Source: Ranitomeya imitator (Eukaryota). Taken from it: a stretch of DNA of 64,000 nt. Within the stretch, counting starts at the first letter, position 1. The number at the start of each line of letters is the position of its first letter. The stretch is taken from contig NC_091289.1 of NCBI RefSeq assembly GCF_032444005.1, positions 9,238,001 through 9,302,000 on the forward strand. The letters are read 5' to 3'. The notes below the pieces were generated by a model that worked only from the letters and a program-made list of their open reading frames with translations, had not been told where the DNA came from and did no database searches. Of this stretch, positions 1-10,391 are shown one piece after another. The position numbers and the translations under genes were made by a program.

Positions 1-419
1 CAGTTATTACAATAGTCTACAGCCTGGGATTAGTCTGCTGTTGCAATGCTACAACCTTTAGGACATGCTGAGACTAACTTTTTACACCAGATTGGAGACC
101 ATTGGACTCTAGTAATGAAACGTATGATCTGTAGTCAGTTATTCGGGAGCATTCCCGTCGGCTCACCTATTTTATGCCTTGATGATGTCATTTTTTTTAA
201 ATTGTTGATTTTCGTATTTAAAAAAAAAAAGTTTGGTTTACTTAAAGAGATGGATGCAGATATTGGAGTCCATAGGACTTGCATAATGCCAGGCAGTCAG
301 GGGTCCAGACTATATGGCACCCTGAAACGGTCTGGAATAGTAAGCGGGGTCTCAGATAGTCGTGCGCTGTGTTGGATCATTTGATGTGACCCTGACTTAT
401 CTTGTGTCTTTCCTTGCAG

Positions 420-560
420 TCTACTCCAATGTATCAGTACCTGGAAAGAAAGCTGTTTCGGGAAGCCTATCAGATCGCCTGCCTGGGGGTCACCGATCTG
501 GACTGGAGGGAGTTGGCCATGGAAGCATTGGAAGGGCTGGATTTTGAGACCTCTAAGAAG
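420..560 (+). CDS. IFT122: IFT122 coding exon (first in window; gene continues upstream)
   Basis: ttgcag|TCT...AAG|gtgaca; encodes [47 protein letters not shown], matching recalled vertebrate IFT122; 141 bp, phase 0/0. Confidence 0.95.
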
Positions 561-1810
561 GTGACAAGCTGCTTCCTGATGCTTTGTTGCTTTGTCTGAC
601 CTCATCTGTTTGTTTGCTGTGTGTTCCTGAGACGAAGGCCCTGGCCACGTCCTGTAATTCGCAGGGCCATCCTGTCTGGGGCTCGGATGGAAAACTGCTG
701 ACACCAATACAAACTCTGGTAAAATCATTAAAGAGAGCGGCAGCACGGAGTATACTGAAAGCCCCATACACATCAATGGTGGCCAATCCTGCTAACAGAT
801 CGGGTATGATGATTACAGCACTAGATGGTGGTGGGACAATGCTCGAGGTGTCAGACAGGGGCGCATCATCCTCTCCCTCATTATAACTCCGTGCACAGCG
901 TACAGGTGTATGAACAGGTTATTTATCCTTCTGACAACTGAAGACGCCTTTTATTTTTTACATGCACCATCACTTCTAGATACCGGACGGCTCGTCCAAG
1001 GACTCTCACTACTACCATCAGCCATTACGGCCTCATTACTGTGATCCGTGTTCATTTCTTTCTGAGTCATTGCTCCAATCTTATTGTAGTTTGGATAATG
1101 ACATTTCTTTGCTGATCGGAGGACGCTAATGTGCTGCAAATCTGTAATTAGTATCATCTGTAATCTTTAAGGCTGGGATAGGCCACTTGTGTGAAAATGT
1201 GAATCATCAGGGTATTTCCATCTCGGTAAGTGATGGCACATTGCTAGTTTATTCCAGTGCAATAATCTTGGGGGGTCTGAACGCTGGGACTGACATTGGT
1301 TTTAAGAATGAAGGGGCTTGGAGCATTGGTTTCCCTTTACAAGGATGTTCTCAGGCCCCTTCACTGCTGCTCAGCCTCATGCAAGTCTATAGGGCCGACT
1401 ACAGTTCCCTGCACAGCCGGGTAGTCTGGATCCTCACTACAGGGAAATGCAGTGTTGTGCCCCTTCAGAATTCCCTGGTCAGACCCCTAGTGATCATTTA
1501 GGCTGGTGGTCTCGAGGCTAAAGATTGTTGCGTGCCACGGCCACATTGCATCATAATGCAGGTAAATGAAGTGGCATTGCAACCCACAGTGCACCGTGAC
1601 AAGCAAGTCATGAAAAGTGGTGGATTTTTTTTGTAGCTTGCTTGAGGTTGCATTAAGTCCTCATCCGCCTGTATCATGATACGATGTGGCAGCGGCAAAT
1701 AGCGATCTCGGCAGACAGCAAAGGCGTTGCCCAAGTTATCTCCTAACCTAGTGATTTGCTGTCACGGGGTCATCTAATTTTTTTTTTCTGTTTTTTTTTT
1801 TTTTTTTCAG

Positions 1811-1864
1811 GCTTTTATACGTATAAGAGATCTTCGCTACTTGGAACTGATCAACAGTATTGAG
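1811..1864 (+). CDS. IFT122: IFT122 coding exon
   Basis: poly-T tract + cag|GCT...GAG|gtgcgt; AFIRIRDLRYLELINSIE; 54 bp. Confidence 0.93.
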
Positions 1865-3511
1865 GTGCGTCCACCAATGAGGGTCATTCCCGTCTCCGAT
1901 CCATTCAGTGCAACTTCTGTAAATCTTCCCCACGCTCGACTGACTCCTGTCATAAGTCATTTATCCATTGATAAAATTGCTGCTTAAAGGAGTCGTCTGA
2001 TTCCCCGAAATAACTTGTTTACCTTCCAAAGGAACAATAGGGTCACACGGGTATAATCCAACCTGTCTGATCCATTTTCATTGACAAAACTCATGCAAGC
2101 TCGGCCCTTTTGGGTAAGTTTCTTTTTCTATCGCGTGCTGCAGAATGGTTTATAACTATATATAGTTGTGTTATCTGACGTGTGGGGCTCAGGAGCTGGG
2201 AGTGCCGTAGATCATTCTGCACGTTTTTCCTTTTCCTTCCTTTTCTTGTTTGCCTTCAGTCCGATGACCTCAATCTTGTTATAAATGGACGTCTCCACCA
2301 ACCTAAATTTCTTATATTGTGCGATATCCGTGCTGTTCCTGTATACAGCCGCCACACAGTGCTGATGGACTTAGAACGCTTCTGTCAATATAATCAACAT
2401 TTTATTTTTTTATGCCAGTCTATAAAAGTTTGTGACTGGAAAATAAGACCGGCATTTCCTTCCTTGAGCATTTTAAAGGGGGTTTTCGGGATTTGGATAT
2501 CGATGGCCTTTCCTTATATAGTATGTAAAGATTCAGAGAGATTTTTACCTTTCAGGAATGATCGCCTTTACTATACATCCCGGCATTGTCAGTGAAACAC
2601 TTATCCTGGATAATGGCTGAGGTCTGGAGAATCCCACCTGTAGTTCTTGCAGTAAAGACCCCGCTGTGTGTCGTAGTTTAGTGCACTGCAGGTCTATAAG
2701 TGAGAGAAAGGAGCTAATAACTGCTGCAGACAGGCCGAAAGTGTATTTAGGACGTTCCGAGATTTATAGGCTGGACGCTCGGCTCTTATATTAAATCCAG
2801 TCTGGTCGCTGTCAGCACAGAGCTCACACGGCAGCTGGATCACAATGCTCCTTTCACGTCAGCCCCCCACCTGGGACCACGTATGATACACACATATGGA
2901 AAGAGGTTCAGTCCACGAACGTGTCCTCAGAGCCACCTGTTACTTCCAAGATGCATTAGACTCGGGGGTTAATGGTTAACCCCGTGAAATCCCATGGGTT
3001 GCCACATAGCAGCAGATTCCAGGTGGGGGGCGCAGAGGATCTTCTAGTAAATATTCAGTATAGTCAAACCAGCGATAAAATATGCAGCCTGGTAAGATAT
3101 CTGCTTGTTGTCAGTGAACGGGGAAAGCCGTCCTAGTAGATCTCAGCGTTGTATCTGATGTGGTGACACTGCGTGGGAGATGCTCGCCAGGACACGTATG
3201 TGATCGGCAGATATTGTGCACACAACCTTGTCGCCTCCGCATCGGGAGGTCAGTGGCCCTGATGACGTTACATCGGCAGGTGCCTGCCAGGACGTGGGCA
3301 TCATCAGTGGGTATCGTGCATAATGCATCGTGCCCGCCTCCAGACATGCATCTGCCGCTGCAGCATCATCAGCACCACTGACCTCCCCATGCAGAAATGT
3401 TCAGCGCCATTCATTCCCTTTAATCGAGGACTATACTTTGCTGCCATAATGATCAGAGAATAGTCTGCTGATAAAATCTCCAATATTAACACTTCTTCCC
3501 TATTTTTAATA

Positions 3512-3580
3512 ATAATAATAATCTTTATTTTTATATAGCGCTAACATATTCCGCAGCGCTTTACAGGTTGCACACATTAT
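3512..3580 (-). mobile_element. 3' tail fragment of a SINE/L2-type retroposon
   Basis: Reverse complement reads tgtgtgcaacctgtaaagcgctgcggaatatgttagcgctatataaaaataaagattattattatt, near-identical to the tail at about 61120-61198. Confidence 0.7.
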
Positions 3581-3608
3581 TATTATATTTTATTCACGTG
3601 TTTTCAAG

Positions 3609-3770
3609 GAACGGAAAAAGCGAGGAGATTCCAACGACGACTTATTCTTAGCAGACGTCTACGCCTACCAGGGCAAGTTCCACGAGGCCGGCAAACTGTA
3701 CAAGAGGGGCGGACAGGAGGGCCGAGCGCTCAACATGTTCACAGACCTGCGCATGTTTGACTACGCCAAG
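3609..3770 (+). CDS. IFT122: IFT122 coding exon
   Basis: ttttcaag|GAA...AAG|gtactg; [54 protein letters not shown]; 162 bp. Confidence 0.95.
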
Positions 3771-3801
3771 GTACTGTACGCGGATAAGACCGTTGATTCA
3801 T

Positions 3802-4212
3802 ATAGGAAACGCAAGTATTTGTTCCGGCACGACCATCCGGGTAAAATGTCAATATTTTATTAGAACATGTTAAAAAAAAAAAGTTTAAAAGAAACCTGAC
3901 ACATTTCTGGCGCGGTAGTGGCGCCATTAGAATGTAAGCCCGCAAGGGCAGGGTCCTCGCCCCTCTGTATCAGTCCGTCATTGTTAGTTTGTTTACTGTA
4001 TGTGATATTTGTAACTTGTATGTAACCCCTTCTCATGTACAGACCATGGAATCAATGGTGCTATATAAATAAATAAATAATAATTATTCATAGGATGACC
4101 ACTGCTGCGCCAGAAACGCGTCAGGTTTCTTTTCAACTTTTCTAACATGTTCTAATAAAATATTGACATATTACCCGGATGGTCGGCCGGAGCAAAGCCT
4201 TTATTTTCCTAT
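3802..4212. repeat. About 120-bp inverted repeat (arms about 3802-3921 and 4099-4212) enclosing an L2/SINE-like 3' tail (about 3927-4086)
   Basis: ccatccgggtaaaatgtcaatattttattagaacatgtta pairs with taacatgttctaataaaatattgacatattacccggatgg; spacer tagaatgtaagccc...atataaataaataaataata resembles amphibian retroposon tails. Confidence 0.75.
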
Positions 4213-5963
4213 CATGGCTGTGCTCACCAGCAGGATCGGTATCTTTCGCTGTGTTTTCTACTTTAGCCTAATTTGACACTGCGTGGAAGCTCCCAGCCCT
4301 CTCCTCCTGATTCCTTCATATACTTGATAAGGCTGCTCTTTTTTTAGAACGCGACATAATTAAAAGGATATTCCGATTTTATAAAGCCGTGGCACGTCAC
4401 TGACATACGCCATCACTTTATAATCGGCAGGGATCCGACCTCGGGGTGAATTAGTAGCTGCCGCACCACTGTAGTGTTGTATCACTTTTTCTTCCCAGTC
4501 TCCAGCATTCAAGTGAATTGGATCTGCCGTTCTGTGCACGGTCTGGTGGCTAAAAAATGAGATGCATCGCATGGCTCTACCAGTGCCGCTTCCCCTCAGG
4601 GGGATCATAGATGTTGGATCTCCACTAATAATCAAATAAGGGCAGCAATAAATCAATGTGCAAGATTGTGACCACCTTGACTGTCAGCACAAGGGGGCTC
4701 TCTGTATGCAGCTCCTATTGAAGTCAACAGGAGCCACAGACTGTTACATCCTTCCTTACCTTTTCTTTTTGGCTAAGGATATCCAAAGTTAACCAGAAAC
4801 ATAAAGGTAGCTCATGCATTTTTTTTCTTTCAGAGCTAGTCCTCTCTTCTCACTTTTCTTGATCCATTTTCTTCCATGAATTCTAGTCTTTGTCCAATGT
4901 TTGGGGGAGAATCGGGCTATGTAAGGAGCAGATCGCTGCATTTTTCCGCATGTTAGAGCAATGACCCCACATGCACTTCAGGGGGTCCATGAGTGGGCAG
5001 CTGTCATAAGCGGCCATCATCGGCACTTGGTGACAATGCTTGTCCTTGCTCATTTATGGAGGGGGTTACATAATACCGCGGTGTAGGTAACACTCGGCAC
5101 CGCTGCAGTCAGGACCTCCGGTTACAGAAGCAGCATCATTATTTGGCACGTTTCCTATTGGGGTCTCAGACATTGAAGCTGTTATGAGGTGTGCGAAAAT
5201 GTGCACGACCTCCACTGACAAGTTCTGGAGATTCCATCAGGCACACGTTACAAATGAATGGAGGAACGTTGGGAAGATTTCTCTCTACAACCGGTATATT
5301 AATGAAATCAGGGTATTATAATCTGAACCATCAGCCTCACTGTGTTATGCAGGTCCAAAAATGACTTAATTACAAAAGGATATAACCTAGGGAAATCGAG
5401 ATGATACTAAGTATTCTCCCTACCTGGCAGCGGAGGTTGCACCCTGGGGGGAGACGAAATGGCGCCCCCACTCCACGTCAACTACCCTATCTGACCCTTA
5501 AGGGAATGCCTCACTAAATCAACACCAACATTATAAACAAAAGTGCTTCAGTGATTATTAATAACAGAACCTCATTCCTATCTGTTTGCTCAGTGAGTGT
5601 TCAGTAAACAGTCAGAATTATAATGCTTGTTTGCGTTCTAGGAGAATGTGCCGCCCCCGGATACATCAACTCACAGATCTAAATAAATTAGTCAGGTGCC
5701 CAAATAGTATTGACATATTATGTGTCACGATCCATTGTGGCAGCTCTGGTTCCACTCTGTTTTAAATATAGCTTTTTTTCCTTTCAGGCCAGCAGGGGTT
5801 AATGTCAGTTTCCCTTGCTGGCAATCTAGAATTGCTGGGTCCTGGGACGAGGTTCTTGATGGCGCTATATCGATTATATATAACGATGCTTTCCCCGAGC
5901 CATAGGAAGGTAGGCCGCGAACGCCTCTCTGTACCATGCACTGACACGCTGGCTCTCTTTCAG

Positions 5964-6130
5964 GATTTCTTGGGATCTGGAGACCCAAAAGAGACTAAGA
6001 CTCTGATCACCAAGCAAGCGGACTGGGCCCGCAATATCCGGGAGCCAAAAGCGGCAGCCGAGATGTATCTGTCAGCTGGAGAGCACATGAAGGCCATCGA
6101 GCTAAGCGGGGACCACGGCTGGGTGGAGAT
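5964..6130 (+). CDS. IFT122: IFT122 coding exon
   Basis: ctctttcag|GAT...AT|gtaaga; [55 protein letters not shown](M); 167 bp, ends in phase 2. Confidence 0.95.
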
Positions 6131-6179
6131 GTAAGACCAATAGTAGCCAGCAGAATTCTGAATACAGCACTGGGTCAAC

Positions 6180-6844
6180 ACAGGATCAGTAATGAAGTGT
6201 ATGTACACAGTGACTGCACCAGCAGAATAGTGAGTGCAGCTCTGGGGTATAATACAGGATATAACTCTGGATCAGTAATGTAATGTATGTACACAGTGAC
6301 TGCACCAGCAGAATAGTGAGTGCAGCTCTGGAGTATAATACAGGATATAACTCAGGATCAGTAATGTAATGTATGTACACAGTGACTGCACCAGCAGAAT
6401 AGTGAGTGCAGCTCTGGGGTATAATACAGGGTGTAACTCAGGATCAGTAATGTAATGTATGTACACAGTGACTGCACCAGCAGAACAGTGAGTGCAGCTC
6501 TGGGGTATAATACAGGATGTAACTCAGGATCAGTAATGTAATGTATGTACACAGTGACTGCACCAGCAGAATAGTGAGTGCAGCTCTGAAGGATAATACA
6601 GGATGTAACTCAGGATCAGTAATGTAATGTATGTACACAGTGACTGCACCAGCAGAATAGTGAGTGCAGCTCTGGATGATAATACAGGATGTAACTCAGG
6701 ATCAGTAATGTAATGTATGTACACAGTGACTGCACCAGCAGAATAGTGAGTGCAGCTCTGGAGGATAATACAGGATGTAACTCAGGATCAGTAATGTAAT
6801 GTATGTACACAGTGACTGCACCTTCAGAGTAGTGAGTGCAGCTC
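6180..6844 (+). repeat. 86-bp minisatellite, left part of the array interrupted by the LINE (about 7.7 units)
   Basis: Unit caggatcagtaatgtaatgtatgtacacagtgactgcaccagcagaatagtgagtgcagctctggggtataatacaggatgtaact; ORF-track artefacts recur every 86 bp. Confidence 0.97.
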
Positions 6845-6981
6845 AGCTGCTGCTCATTGTGTTGATTGTGGGTGCGGTCGCTGCTGAACCTGCAGTGTGC
6901 TCCTGAGCTCCAGAGAACCACCATCTCTCCACCCGGGGACCTGCTCTCTCTCTTACCCAGGGAGGGAGTGGGTTTCCTGGG

Positions 6982-9900
6982 ATGAGTGAAGGAGCCAAGT
7001 CCCAGGCTTCTGCTTCCCGGACCAGGCTGGCGGGGGGCAGAAGGAACCAGCAACCAGCCTGCACATCAGAGGATTCGGGGGTGAGACGCTCCACCAGGAG
7101 TCGCAGCAATGTGGCTCCTACTCCCCCCAGGTCTGCAGAGACCCAGAGAAGCCGCAAGGCTTCCATGGAGGAGAAGCCTGCTAGCGTGCAAGATGGCAGC
7201 CCTTCCGGAGGAAAGCTGAGTGCTCACGGAGGTGAGGCTGACCTCACTGAGGAGGGTTGGGCGCTGCAGAGACCCCGGGAGTCTGTGTCCACCTATGCCT
7301 CCCGGGTCATGAGCCACCTTCGTGAGTATGAAGATGCTAGCAAGACCTTGAGAAGGCTCCGGGAGGAGCTGCGCTGCACAAGCGCTAAAGCTGCAGGCGC
7401 CTCCAGACCCAGGAAGACGCAATTCCAGGCGGAGGTAAAGATTCTGAAGCTTGAAATTAATGACCTGGAGGTAAGAAAAACATTTATTCGAGAAAAAAGT
7501 GGACCATTTAAAGAAAAGCTTATAAATGAAGACAGATTCAGAGAAATGGCTGATAACAGAGAGCAAAGGCAGATGGGGCTGCAGCCTGAGTGCCAGGTGG
7601 ATGATGATGATGATGAGGAGGAGGATGACCAGCAGAAAGCTCCACCTGGCAGCCCTCTTAGCCACTCAGAGGCCACGTGCAGCGAGCTCCCTGCTGGACA
7701 GGCGACAATGACATCTCGTCGCAGTTCTGCTGGCTCTGGGGAGTACAGTGACATCGGCCAGGGAGGGGCGCTAATGGCAGAGATCAAGCTGCTGGAGTCC
7801 CCAGTGTGCCTTCAGAACTTCCATCTTGGTGATGATTTACCAGAGGAGGCACCTGGGGGCCAGAAGAAAAAGGCAAAGAAAACCACCAAGCCAAAGCTGC
7901 AGGAAGCGGTAAGCTATGTATATGCCCCCCTCCCTGTACCCCCTGAGTCGGCTGCAGGGTCAGCTCGCTGTATAAGCCCCGTTGCCCAGCCCAGCCCGGG
8001 TTCTGCTGTGGATCCGGTGCAAAGGCGCGGGGAGATTACAGAGCACGGTAATGAGGCGCAGAGCTCCGTCTCTGCTTGTAGTAGCGGGGACGTAGCAGCA
8101 GGTGCATCAGCCGAAAGGCTCGACAGTGAGGGCGGCCCGGCGGCGGGCATACGATCAGGCCACGATACTGTGGTCCGCTCCTCAGTGGGAGGGGGGAGCG
8201 GCCCGGTGTCGGGGGCAGCTCCAGTAGCCTCGGTGCCCCTGAATGCTGTTGCCGCTGATCACTTAGTTGAGGGGCGGCGGCAGTGTGAGTGGGTTACCGG
8301 GGCTGGGAGTTCCGGTCTTCCCAAAGTCCTATTTTGTGTTGGTGCCGCTGGTCAACAAGATCCTGATGCTAAGGATCAGCGGTGCCCCACAGCAGCTAAA
8401 GATCAACGACGCCTGGTAGCAACCATGAAGCAGCGGAAAATATTAACTAATGATGCGGAGGGCACACAAAAAACCAGGGGTGAGGTCACCTCCAGTTCTG
8501 TGGAGGAGACTCAGCCCCTTGTGCCTGATGATGCGGAGGCCAAAGTGTCACCCCCTGTTGTCACTGGTCCAGCAGGAGTGAATGTGGTGGTGGGTATGGA
8601 TGCAGAAAACTCTTTGTCTAGTGGTGTGGTTGCTGGTTTGGTAGAGGGTGAGGGGGTTATGGAGGTGGGTAATGGTGATGCTGATGGTGTGGATGTGGTC
8701 ACTGGTCCGGTTGCCCCCCCGGTGGTGGCAGCGCCTGTCAGGAGTTATGCCGCTGTCACCTCCGGGGGAAATAGGGCATCCTCCTCGTCTCCGGGCTCTG
8801 GGGACGGCATGTTGCAACGGCGTCTCCTGGAGGCTCTAAAGAGGGGGGAGAGATCACTAATAGTAGAGGGTCGAGAGGTTGATCTATCCTTCTGGATAGA
8901 GAGGCATGGCCTCGGGGCCTTCCGAGAGCAAAGAGGGGGGAATACAGTGTGGTCCCTCCCAACAGCCGGGCCGGGTAGTGTGCGTAGGAATGTGGTCCGT
9001 CTTCAGTGGAGGGGCAATGATGCGTGTCCTCCAAGGTCTAAAGTTGTGGAGCTCCTGCTGAGGATGGGCTTTAGTGCGATTGACATCTACGCCTTGATAC
9101 ATCCCTATTCCACACCTAATTTTGATGTCAGCTTTGTTCGGCCGGAGGGGCTTGAGCTCTTCTGGTCGAACTATGAGTTGACAAAAAATGAGCCCGGCTG
9201 GCGAGACTTTGCCGTTCAGGTGGTGTCTCGCCAAAACCAAGTCAAGAAAGTGACCGTGATGACTTGTAACGAGTCACTTTCTTGTTATGACATCATGACG
9301 TGGCTTGGCCGGTATGGAGAGGTGGTAGAAATGCCAAAGAAAAACCGTGACGAGTTTGGTATCTGGTCAGGGGCCTGGACGTTTATGGTAAAACTTAAGC
9401 GTTCAGGTGGTACGGTTGCCCACATACCATCATCTGCCTTCCTGGGTAGGGATCGTATCCTGGTCTTCTACCAGGGGCAACCGAAGCTCTGTCACAAGTG
9501 CGGCGACCCCACACACTTCAGCGCAAACTGCACTGTGCAGAAGTGTGTATTGTGTGGGGATATCGGCCATCTTGCTGCATCTTGTGTGGAGATTAGGTGT
9601 CACCTGTGTGGTGAGTTAGGTCACCCATTCAGCCGTTGTCCTCGCTCCTTCGCTAATGCAGTCGTGACCCCGGTGGGAGAAAGCCGTGAGGCTGATTCTG
9701 CTGGGGAAGGGACTAGCAGGGGTGAGGGAGCTGAGGGGCCAAGGAAGAAAAGCAATAAAAAGACGCCTGCACAGCTAAGGCGTCTAGACAAGCGCAGACA
9801 GGATAGGGAGCTGGGCGAGCCTCGTACTACTGGGGCGGCCCCTGTCCTGGATGCCAGTCTTGCTGCTGAGGCCCCGAGGGATGATGAGTTGGATGAGGAG

Positions 9901-10377
9901 GTCAGGAGGATCCACAGGGAGGAAAGTGCCACTGCCTCAGAGTCCTCCCATTATGAAAGTATGGATGAGGATAATAGGCAGTGGCTAGAGGACAAGCGTA
10001 AGCTCGGCACCAAAAAGAAGAGAAAGAAGGGAGATAAAACATCTTCTCCCGCTCTGACCAAGGTACCTAAGGAAGGAAAAACCGACTCCCCTCTGGTTGG
10101 TCTTTCTAACCGGTTCCAAGCCCTTGAAAACATCTCTTCCTCTGAGGAGGAAGCTGAGGGTGAGGTTCTGGCTTCGGCGTGGCTCACAGGGGACGCCGAG
10201 TCTCCTCCTTCTGGGAATGTAAGATCCTTGGAGGGAGGGACTGGCCCAGAGTCCGGAGACGAGGACCAAAAAAATAAAAAACACGTGGGAATGGATACTT
10301 CATTGTCATTAAAGAGGGGGAAGGATTCCTCCTCTGAGGCAGAGGATAAGGGGAGTGGGAAAAAGAAAGCCATCTAA
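6982..10377 (+). CDS. LINE ORF1 (1131 aa): gag-like nucleic-acid chaperone with coiled coil, low-complexity linker, RRM-like region and three zinc knuckles
   Basis: Uninterrupted ORF; CHKCGDPTHFSANC, CVLCGDIGHLAASC and CHLCGELGHPFSRC (CX2CX4HX4C) at about 9490-9640; architecture typical of Tx1 ORF1/ZCCHC3-like proteins. Confidence 0.9.
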   Translation: MSEGAKSQASASRTRLAGGRRNQQPACTSEDSGVRRSTRSRSNVAPTPPRSAETQRSRKASMEEKPASVQDGSPSGGKLSAHGGEADLTEEGWALQRPRESVSTYASRVMSHLREYEDASKTLRRLREELRCTSAKAAGASRPRKTQFQAEVKILKLEINDLEVRKTFIREKSGPFKEKLINEDRFREMADNREQRQMGLQPECQVDDDDDEEEDDQQKAPPGSPLSHSEATCSELPAGQATMTSRRSSAGSGEYSDIGQGGALMAEIKLLESPVCLQNFHLGDDLPEEAPGGQKKKAKKTTKPKLQEAVSYVYAPLPVPPESAAGSARCISPVAQPSPGSAVDPVQRRGEITEHGNEAQSSVSACSSGDVAAGASAERLDSEGGPAAGIRSGHDTVVRSSVGGGSGPVSGAAPVASVPLNAVAADHLVEGRRQCEWVTGAGSSGLPKVLFCVGAAGQQDPDAKDQRCPTAAKDQRRLVATMKQRKILTNDAEGTQKTRGEVTSSSVEETQPLVPDDAEAKVSPPVVTGPAGVNVVVGMDAENSLSSGVVAGLVEGEGVMEVGNGDADGVDVVTGPVAPPVVAAPVRSYAAVTSGGNRASSSSPGSGDGMLQRRLLEALKRGERSLIVEGREVDLSFWIERHGLGAFREQRGGNTVWSLPTAGPGSVRRNVVRLQWRGNDACPPRSKVVELLLRMGFSAIDIYALIHPYSTPNFDVSFVRPEGLELFWSNYELTKNEPGWRDFAVQVVSRQNQVKKVTVMTCNESLSCYDIMTWLGRYGEVVEMPKKNRDEFGIWSGAWTFMVKLKRSGGTVAHIPSSAFLGRDRILVFYQGQPKLCHKCGDPTHFSANCTVQKCVLCGDIGHLAASCVEIRCHLCGELGHPFSRCPRSFANAVVTPVGESREADSAGEGTSRGEGAEGPRKKSNKKTPAQLRRLDKRRQDRELGEPRTTGAAPVLDASLAAEAPRDDELDEEVRRIHREESATASESSHYESMDEDNRQWLEDKRKLGTKKKRKKGDKTSSPALTKVPKEGKTDSPLVGLSNRFQALENISSSEEEAEGEVLASAWLTGDAESPPSGNVRSLEGGTGPESGDEDQKNKKHVGMDTSLSLKRGKDSSSEAEDKGSGKKKAI

Positions 10378-10391
10378 CTCAATCACCAGTG

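Noticed and set aside
553-930. About 125-codon open frame on the minus strand with protein-like composition (possible nested gene exon)
   Set aside because: No recognisable homology, no ATG, no convincing splice pair; cannot be supported without a tBLASTx or RNA-seq check
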